Positions 57,390-64,000 of a stretch of 64,000 nt of DNA are shown piece by piece. The stretch's first letter is position 1, and each line of letters begins with the position of its first letter. Below the pieces are notes generated by a model that was not told the origin of the DNA, made no database searches, and saw only the letters and a program-made list of their open reading frames with translations. Source of the DNA: Patescibacteria group bacterium (GTDB taxonomy: Bacteria; Patescibacteriota; Patescibacteriia; JBDRGY01). The stretch lies in assembly GCA_043817315.1 (NCBI GenBank), contig JBDRGY010000006.1, positions 18,077-82,076 of the forward strand. Reading direction: 5' to 3'. Made by a program: the position numbers and the translations under genes.

Positions 57390-58857
57390 TTTTGGCTAAA
57401 GGTATAAAGTATTTTTTAGCGAACTTAGAAAACTTTTTTTGCTTAAGAAAGGGTTTGACTGAAGGAATCTTTCGTACTGTCCACAACTCATTAACCACAT
57501 GCAAAACATCAAAAACATCAGCGCCTGACTTCAACTTGATAACTGCGTCACGCCACTTGATAGCCTGCTCGTATTCTTGATTACTGGCAGCTTTTTTCAT
57601 TTCGGCTTCGAATTCCAGAACCATTTGATTGAACCATTCGGCATGAGTTCTTTTTTTAAACGGCTGCCCCTGCCAATCTTCTTGAGCCTTATGAAAGCGA
57701 CGGATGACGCCGTTTCTTTGCCAGTCAAAAGCGACATTAAGGATCTCCCGGTAAAACTTATCAGCTCGCTCTTTGGTTTTTTTAGATAGACCGGGTATGT
57801 CAAATATTACATTTCTCATCTCAAAAGCCCCCTGTTCTACAATCTCCAGGGACCACCAATATTTTGAAGCCCACCAGTAGTAACAGCTGGCCAGGGCATT
57901 ATCCAGCCTAGTTCTGGTTTTTTGATATTCTTGCCTGCCCTTTAATTTATATACTTCCTTAATGACAAAGTTGGTGAAGCCCCACTGTACTTTATGTAGC
58001 GTATTCTGAGGGTCCCACCACAGCTTATAGGGAAGGTTTTTCCTTAGATCTTTTTCAAAAGTAGACCAGGTAGAGTCAATGGGTCTAATTGATCCAGCGC
58101 TAGGGAATTTTTTGATAATGTCTGAAATAAATACTTTTTTGAATTCGGGTCGAGCGAATATGTCATAAAGCAACTCTTCCAGGCCGGGGCGGTGATGTCC
58201 AAAAGTCTCTCCATCCATAGCAGTCAGCAGGTAGCGATCCTGCTTTAATTGCTGCTTCATTTCTTTTTCCAGTGACCGTCCGGAACGGACAATAGCCTCC
58301 ACAATTAAATTAGAGGTTCGTCGCTCTTTAAATATTAGGGAAAAGTTATCCAAGCCTTTTATGGTATAGATCTGGGAAAAATCTGCTGCTCCCTCTTTTC
58401 CATTAAAGGCTAATTCATCAGCCAGCATCCATTTATAGCCCAGCTCCTTGGCTACCTTGGCCACTTTATTGCTATAGGCCATTTCTGGAGAGAAAAAACC
58501 TTCTGGTCGATAAGCGCGGCCCAAAAAATGACTATTTGTTTTATTATTCAGTAGAATCTGCCGCTTAATCTCCGATTCCGGTAACAAGGGAAGAAAGGCG
58601 TGGTTTTGGGCGCTAGCCACGAACTCTATTCTTCTGAGGTTGGCTAATTTCTTCAAATCTCTGACTACATCTTTATACTTATTGTTTTGAGCCAGCTTAG
58701 CGGTCAACACTCCGTTGATGTTCAGGGTAATCCGAGCCTGCTTGTACTTAAAAAGTCCCCTGATAATCGGTCGGTAACTTTCGAAGACGACCCTTTCAAA
58801 AATATCGGGTAATTGGGAGGGTGGTTGGTAAATATGGAGGAAATTAGCCCAATGCAT
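57367..58857 (-). CDS. Glycoside hydrolase family 57 with C-terminal UVR-like coiled coil
   Basis: HIYQP, H.FLPL, SPEMAY (nucleophile) and MDGETFGHH (acid/base) motifs. Confidence 0.88.
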   Translation of the reverse strand: MHWANFLHIYQPPSQLPDIFERVVFESYRPIIRGLFKYKQARITLNINGVLTAKLAQNNKYKDVVRDLKKLANLRRIEFVASAQNHAFLPLLPESEIKRQILLNNKTNSHFLGRAYRPEGFFSPEMAYSNKVAKVAKELGYKWMLADELAFNGKEGAADFSQIYTIKGLDNFSLIFKERRTSNLIVEAIVRSGRSLEKEMKQQLKQDRYLLTAMDGETFGHHRPGLEELLYDIFARPEFKKVFISDIIKKFPSAGSIRPIDSTWSTFEKDLRKNLPYKLWWDPQNTLHKVQWGFTNFVIKEVYKLKGRQEYQKTRTRLDNALASCYYWWASKYWWSLEIVEQGAFEMRNVIFDIPGLSKKTKERADKFYREILNVAFDWQRNGVIRRFHKAQEDWQGQPFKKRTHAEWFNQMVLEFEAEMKKAASNQEYEQAIKWRDAVIKLKSGADVFDVLHVVNELWTVRKIPSVKPFLKQKKFSKFAKKYFIPLAKNAKKKKR

Positions 58858-58862
58858 AGAAG

Positions 58863-60095
58863 TTATTTTACTACGTTTCCGCTAAAAAGACGAGATACTT
58901 TTTCTCGATGTAAATAGTTTTTACGGATTTGATTGATTAATCCGGATTCGGTAACAAATTTAATAATCTTTTTCATTTCCGCTACTAGTTTTTCGGCCTC
59001 TTCCTTTTTCTGAGCGGGAACGTATTTAAGAACATCGAGCACCCGTGCCAGATTATTAGCTCCTTTCAAAACGATTTTGGGCTCCCACCAAGGGCTGGCT
59101 GAGGCCCACCAATACTGATCGCTCATCAGGCGCTTATCCAGAAGTAGGCGGGCCTTGGGATAACCGGGGTCTTTCCCAGATTGTTTCACAGTCTTGAGGA
59201 CCAAATATGTTAATTTCCACTGTAGTAGGTGTATGCGGTTATCGGGATTTTGCCACAGGGGGTAAGGAATATTATCTCCGAAATTGTCTTCCCAGGAAGC
59301 CCAGGAAGAAGCCAGGGGATCTACTATAGCTTCTTTGTGGTAGTGCTCTAGAATTTCTGAAACCGTTAAGGTCTTGAATTTGCCGGAGTCAACAATCTCG
59401 GCAAAGACTTTATCCATACCGGGGTTGTGATGTCCCAGATTTTCTCCGTCAAAAGCGGTAATAAGATGACGAGTAGCATTGCCGTCTTTCCTGAGGCATT
59501 TAAAGAAATCGGTTCGGTTCTTAATTTCCTTGGTGTGAAAAAGATCGCTGATTATCCGGTTACGAAAGATAACTCGCAAATGGGTTCCCTTAATCTTGTA
59601 ACGCTGGTCGAAAGATATCTCACCCAATTTACCGTGATGGGCGATCTCGTCAAGAATGATCCAACGGTACCCCAGTTTTTCCAGCAATATCGCTAATTTA
59701 CGGTGATAGCACATTTCCGGAATGAAAAATCCTCTAGGTCGATAGATAGCCCCAAAATATTTATAATTGGTTTTATGGTTCAGCTCAATCTGTCTCTTAA
59801 TCTCGTCATTGGGCAGTAGGGCCAACATAACGTGGTACTGGGCGCTGTCGGTGAATTCTATCTGCCCTTTTTGGGCTAACTCGGTTATTGATTTAATCAC
59901 ATCAGTGTAGCGGTGACTAACCAATTGCTCAGTTAAAGAGCCGTTAATATTTAGGGTAATTTTTAGCCAGGGCCGGTTTTTAAGAATCCGAAAAATAGGC
60001 CGGTAACTTTCCTTGACTACTCGGTCTATGATTTCCTTGGACCAATCAGGCGGTTGATAGATATGAAAAAAGATTGACCAGATTCTTTGAGTCAT
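58863..60095 (-). CDS. Glycoside hydrolase family 57
   Basis: HIYQP, PEMCY, FDGENLGHH and SDQYWWAS motifs. Confidence 0.88.
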   Translation of the reverse strand: MTQRIWSIFFHIYQPPDWSKEIIDRVVKESYRPIFRILKNRPWLKITLNINGSLTEQLVSHRYTDVIKSITELAQKGQIEFTDSAQYHVMLALLPNDEIKRQIELNHKTNYKYFGAIYRPRGFFIPEMCYHRKLAILLEKLGYRWIILDEIAHHGKLGEISFDQRYKIKGTHLRVIFRNRIISDLFHTKEIKNRTDFFKCLRKDGNATRHLITAFDGENLGHHNPGMDKVFAEIVDSGKFKTLTVSEILEHYHKEAIVDPLASSWASWEDNFGDNIPYPLWQNPDNRIHLLQWKLTYLVLKTVKQSGKDPGYPKARLLLDKRLMSDQYWWASASPWWEPKIVLKGANNLARVLDVLKYVPAQKKEEAEKLVAEMKKIIKFVTESGLINQIRKNYLHREKVSRLFSGNVVK

Positions 60096-60097
60096 GC

Positions 60098-61573
60098 TTA
60101 TTTTTCTTTCTGCTTAATTTTAACTGCTCGTTGAAACAATTTAATATACTTATTGGCCGGAATTTCCCACCCAAAACTTTGCTGCATGGCATTGCTTACC
60201 AGTCGTAGCCATTTTTCTTGATGACGGTAGTTTTCCAAAGCTCGGGTGATAGCTACCAGCATATCTCTGGAATCGTAGCTCTTAAAGACAAACCCATTGC
60301 CGCTCTCTGTCTGGGGATTATAATTTTTGATAGTATCGGCCAAACCTCCAGTGGCACGAACAATGGGAATGGAGCCATAGCGGGAGGAAATTAGCTGGCC
60401 CAAGCCGCAGGGCTCAAAGCGCGAAGGCATTAGGAATAAATCAGAACCAGCGTATATTTGAGTGGCTATCTTAGTGCTGAATTCTAAATGAGCGGCGATC
60501 TTGGCAGGATACTCCTGGCGTACCTTTTTAATAAAACGCTCGTACTTTTTTTCACCGCCCCCCACCAGAATTAACTGGAAGTCGAGACGCATCAAAGGCT
60601 CCACGATGTCCATTATTAGATCAAAGCCTTTCTGCTCGGAGATACGAGTAGCCATGCCGATTACCGGGATATCGCGCATCACCGGCAGTTTAAAAACCTT
60701 TTGTAAATAAGCTTTATTTTCTTTTTTACCATCGAGGTGATTGGCATCGTAGTTTACCCTGAGTCCGGGGTCCTTGGCGGGGTTATAAACATCATAGTCA
60801 ATCCCGTTAACAATCCCAAACAGCTTGTCGGAACGTCCCTGAAGATGCCGGTGCAGATCTTGGCCGAAGTGCCTAGTCATAATCTCTTGAGCATATTGCT
60901 CAGAGACGGTATTGATAATATCGGCGTTGATAATTGCCCTTTTGGCGAAATTTATTCTTTCAACCTTTTCTTTTTCGGCGAAACGAGGTAAACGAGTGTG
61001 CCCTTTATCTTTCAGTTTATTGGGGATAGACCACCAGTTATGGGCAAACTGGAAAGCCAGATTGTGAATAGTGAAGACGGTAGCTGTATTATCAAAAAAA
61101 GTCTCTTGGGGAAAACGTTTATTTATGAAATGGGGAATCAGCCCGGTTTGCCAATCGTTACACTGGATGAGATCCGGTTTAAATTTTATCTGTCGCAGCA
61201 GCTCCAAGGTGGCCAGATTAAAAAAGAAAAAGCGTCGGTTATCAAAACGGGAACCGTATATCCTTTTTTGTCCGGAGAAGTAACGTTTGCTGTCTATAAA
61301 ATAGATGGGCAGGCCCTCCATCAGCCAGCCTTGCCAGACAGCAAAATGCCGGGTGGTTGTTTCGTCGATATTAAGAGTGATATCACTGATGATCAGATTC
61401 AACTTGTGCTTTTTAGTGTCGATACTACGGTATAAAGGGGTGATTACAATAATCTGATGCCCCAACCGCTTAATGGCCTTGGGTAACGACCTAGCCACAT
61501 CGCCCAAGCCTCCTGCCTTAGAGAAGGGGTCAACTTCAGAAGCAACAAAAGCGATTTTTAGAGAATGTCTCAT
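60098..61573 (-). CDS. glgA: Glycogen synthase (GT5), second paralogue
   Basis: KAGGLGDV, NDWQ, TIHNL, R..EQKG and PSRFEPCGL motifs. Confidence 0.93.
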   Translation of the reverse strand: MRHSLKIAFVASEVDPFSKAGGLGDVARSLPKAIKRLGHQIIVITPLYRSIDTKKHKLNLIISDITLNIDETTTRHFAVWQGWLMEGLPIYFIDSKRYFSGQKRIYGSRFDNRRFFFFNLATLELLRQIKFKPDLIQCNDWQTGLIPHFINKRFPQETFFDNTATVFTIHNLAFQFAHNWWSIPNKLKDKGHTRLPRFAEKEKVERINFAKRAIINADIINTVSEQYAQEIMTRHFGQDLHRHLQGRSDKLFGIVNGIDYDVYNPAKDPGLRVNYDANHLDGKKENKAYLQKVFKLPVMRDIPVIGMATRISEQKGFDLIMDIVEPLMRLDFQLILVGGGEKKYERFIKKVRQEYPAKIAAHLEFSTKIATQIYAGSDLFLMPSRFEPCGLGQLISSRYGSIPIVRATGGLADTIKNYNPQTESGNGFVFKSYDSRDMLVAITRALENYRHQEKWLRLVSNAMQQSFGWEIPANKYIKLFQRAVKIKQKEK

Positions 61574-62670
61574 TATAAATATCCTAAGTGTTTAGAGGCA
61601 ATAATAAAAAAACTGTGGGCCCATGAGAGAGGATAAATACCTTGCCTAAAATCATCAAATATTTGCTCGGGAATATAGCCATGATATTTATCCAAACGCT
61701 CAATGACCCAATTGTAGTATTGCAAAGCTTTCTTTTTATCTTGACGCAGCGACCAATAAATACTCATCCAGAAATTAAGCAGCGGCCAGCTACCCCCTCC
61801 TTCCCAGGCAGTGCCTTCTCCGTCGTAATAGTCATGCTGGAAGCGATGTACCCCGCCGTTTTTTACTAGTTTTTCTTCGATCATAGCCACTGTTTTTACT
61901 ATTCTTTCATCATCAACTTCATAAATTTTGAAAGGCCAAGCCAGACCCAGTAGAGAAGCATCAATGTTGGGATCAGAAATTTTTCCTTGGTTTCTAAAAA
62001 TGTAGCCTTCTTTGGGGTGATAAGCTTCGTCGATTTCTTTCAGCATCTGCATAGCTGTTTCTTTCCAGAAGTTATTGGGAAAAATCTCGTTGGCACACAA
62101 TAGTCCCCTGGCACAAGCTGCCAATGAGTAGGTAAAATTATTCTCAACTTGAGTGGAGGTCTTTCGGGTGCTTTCTTCCCAGATGTCGACAGTATTGGGG
62201 GTAAAGTAAGTTTTATTCCAAGCCTCAGCCAAGCCGTTAGCCAAAAGCTCGATCAAATCCTGTAGAGAATGAGCATTTTTTAGATCATCTTGGTAGTAAT
62301 AGTGGATAGCCCACAAAGTAGATCCCATTTGGTCTGGCTGAAAAGCATGTCCCATACTGCCAATGCGGCCGTTAGTGCTGTAGTTGGCGAACAACCGCTT
62401 TTCTTTCTTGAAATCTTCCGGCCGAGCATAAAGCCACTTAAAATAAGGTTCTTGAATTTCAAGATTAAGGTATTTGGCAGCGATACAAACAAAGGCGGCA
62501 TCTCTGGGCCAAACAGCCCGGTAATTGCCGGCTTCTCTCGGAGTGTATTCTTTATCGGTATTGGCAGCCACAATGGCTCCATTTTCCAAGGCACAGTCAG
62601 CAATAACCTCTTTAGAGCGGTTGATTAAGGCTTGAATTGGCTGGGTGGGTTTAGTCATAATTACTTCCAT
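61573..62670 (-). CDS. Glycoside hydrolase family 15 (glucoamylase-like)
   Basis: WPRDA, DIWEE, DASL, PEQ and PLSWAH motifs; the start could be 62658. Confidence 0.88.
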   Translation of the reverse strand: MEVIMTKPTQPIQALINRSKEVIADCALENGAIVAANTDKEYTPREAGNYRAVWPRDAAFVCIAAKYLNLEIQEPYFKWLYARPEDFKKEKRLFANYSTNGRIGSMGHAFQPDQMGSTLWAIHYYYQDDLKNAHSLQDLIELLANGLAEAWNKTYFTPNTVDIWEESTRKTSTQVENNFTYSLAACARGLLCANEIFPNNFWKETAMQMLKEIDEAYHPKEGYIFRNQGKISDPNIDASLLGLAWPFKIYEVDDERIVKTVAMIEEKLVKNGGVHRFQHDYYDGEGTAWEGGGSWPLLNFWMSIYWSLRQDKKKALQYYNWVIERLDKYHGYIPEQIFDDFRQGIYPLSWAHSFFIIASKHLGYL

Positions 62671-63158
62671 TTTTTAGTTTGGAAACAACAGATGGCAATG
62701 GCCAGGGCATCGGCCAGATCATCGGGGCGGGGAAGTTGTTTTAGTTTCAATCTGCTTTTAACCATCAGCTGTATTTGTTTTTTAGTCGCCTGGCCGTAGC
62801 CGGTTATGGCTTGTTTGACTTGGAGTGGAGTATATTCCTTCAACGCAACATTATTAGTGGAACAAGCCAGTAAAATTACACCCCGGGCCATACCCACACT
62901 CATAGCAGTTTTAACATTACGACTGAAAAACAGCTGTTCCACGGCTACCACCCTTGGCTTATGTTTCTTTATTAATTTGTTAAGTTCACGAAATATTATT
63001 TCCAATCTTTTCTCTATCGGTAGGCCGACGGCCGTTTTAATGATACCAGCTTTTCCTAAAAGTATTTTGTTGCCAGATATATTGATTAGTCCATAGCCGG
63101 TGGTGGCCAGACCGGGATCAATGCCTAATATTTTTTCCTGAGGGCTAGTCTTTGGCAT
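62661..63158 (-). CDS. ruvC: Holliday junction resolvase RuvC
   Basis: LGIDPG, VEQLFF, GYG.A.K.Q and DDLADALA motifs. Confidence 0.96.
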   Translation of the reverse strand: MPKTSPQEKILGIDPGLATTGYGLINISGNKILLGKAGIIKTAVGLPIEKRLEIIFRELNKLIKKHKPRVVAVEQLFFSRNVKTAMSVGMARGVILLACSTNNVALKEYTPLQVKQAITGYGQATKKQIQLMVKSRLKLKQLPRPDDLADALAIAICCFQTKKWK

Positions 63159-63861
63159 TAGAGTAGAAAGCACTTACTTCGTCGCTGGCGTCTAAAGCTT
63201 CTTGCAATCTGGAAAAAGCGTTTTTGTCCTTTTCTGATAAGTCGACCCTGGCATCAGGAACCATTTCAATTTCAAAGTAATCGACAGCAATATCATTCTG
63301 TTCTAATTTATTTCTGATCCGTTCCAGGTCCTCAGGTTTAGTAAAAACTGCTAAGCCCTCGTCCTCTTCAACAATATCCTCTGCTCCGGCATCAATAGCC
63401 GTCAGCTCAACTTCTTCTTTGTTATTAACCGAGGAGAGACCGATTACTCCTTTTCTGACAAACATCCAATTGACGGAACCGCTGGCTCCTAATTTTCCTC
63501 CGTATTTTGTCAGGATGCTGCGGATAGAAGAACTGGCCCGATTGCGGTTGCTGCTTAGAGAATCGATGATTAAAGCAACTCCTCCCGGCCCGTAGCCTTC
63601 GAAAATCATTTGCTTCAATTCTTCACCGGCCAGCTCGCCGGTCCCCCGTTTAATGGCCCGATCTATGTTGTCATTGGGCATGTTGGCCGACTTGGCCCTG
63701 TCAACTGCCAAACGTAAAGTAAAATTGGATTCAAGATTGCCCCCGCCTTCTTTAGCGGCAATGGTAATCGCCTTGCCCAATTTGGTAAAAAGGTTGCCTC
63801 GTTTTTGATCAGCTGCCCCTTTTTGTCTCTTAATTTTTGACCACTTGTTATGACCTGACAT
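63145..63861 (-). CDS. yebC: YebC/PmpR family protein
   Basis: MSGHNKWSKIK and EGYGPGG motifs. Confidence 0.96.
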   Translation of the reverse strand: MSGHNKWSKIKRQKGAADQKRGNLFTKLGKAITIAAKEGGGNLESNFTLRLAVDRAKSANMPNDNIDRAIKRGTGELAGEELKQMIFEGYGPGGVALIIDSLSSNRNRASSSIRSILTKYGGKLGASGSVNWMFVRKGVIGLSSVNNKEEVELTAIDAGAEDIVEEDEGLAVFTKPEDLERIRNKLEQNDIAVDYFEIEMVPDARVDLSEKDKNAFSRLQEALDASDEVSAFYSNAKD

Positions 63862-64000
63862 AAGGAAATTATTTGTTGTTATCAGGAGTAAATATAACAG
63901 AAATTGCCTTAAAAATCAACTTGTTTTTATTACTTAACTGCCGTATACTGAAATAGAAAATTAAGAAAAATAAATGCCCATCCTAGACGACATCAAGACA

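Noticed and set aside
1-64000. CRISPR array, rRNA, transposase/integrase, UGA recoding, and the many short antisense ORFs in the track
   Set aside because: No regularly spaced repeats, rRNA or recombinase motifs were seen; conserved genes are full length and dnaA ends in TGA; the short ORFs lie opposite or within well-supported genes

Overview
64-kb window spanning the replication origin of a small-genome, roughly 40% GC bacterium. Gene content and style suggest Patescibacteria/CPR (Parcubacteria-like); this is inference. The standard code is used (TGA is a stop, e.g. dnaA). Core content: ftsH (partial), rplS, queA, ruvB, ruvC, tsaD, tsaE, valS, a PilB ATPase, yidC-yidD-rnpA-rpmH <> dnaA-oriC-dnaN-dciA, PBP1A, six tRNAs, a surface glycosylation locus bracketed by two peptidoglycan hydrolases, and a glgC/glgB/glgP-less alpha-glucan cluster. 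Most notable: (1) a valS T-box with an ultrashort Stem I and a transcription terminator, whose apical loop (GUGUCG) is a perfect 6-nt complement of the unusual C33-containing anticodon loop of the tRNA-Val(GAC) encoded in this window; (2) an unassigned ~470-nt GC-rich multi-hairpin candidate ncRNA with its own promoter and terminator (17.1-17.6 kb); (3) a second ~120-nt rod-like candidate sRNA (22.26-22.38 kb); (4) a 6-kb tRNA-Glu-linked island encoding a putative amino-sugar small-molecule pathway, bounded by long degenerate inverted repeats plus a direct repeat; (5) a tRNA-Ile with a UAU anticodon. All calls were made by eye from sequence motifs; no database searches or folding programs were run.
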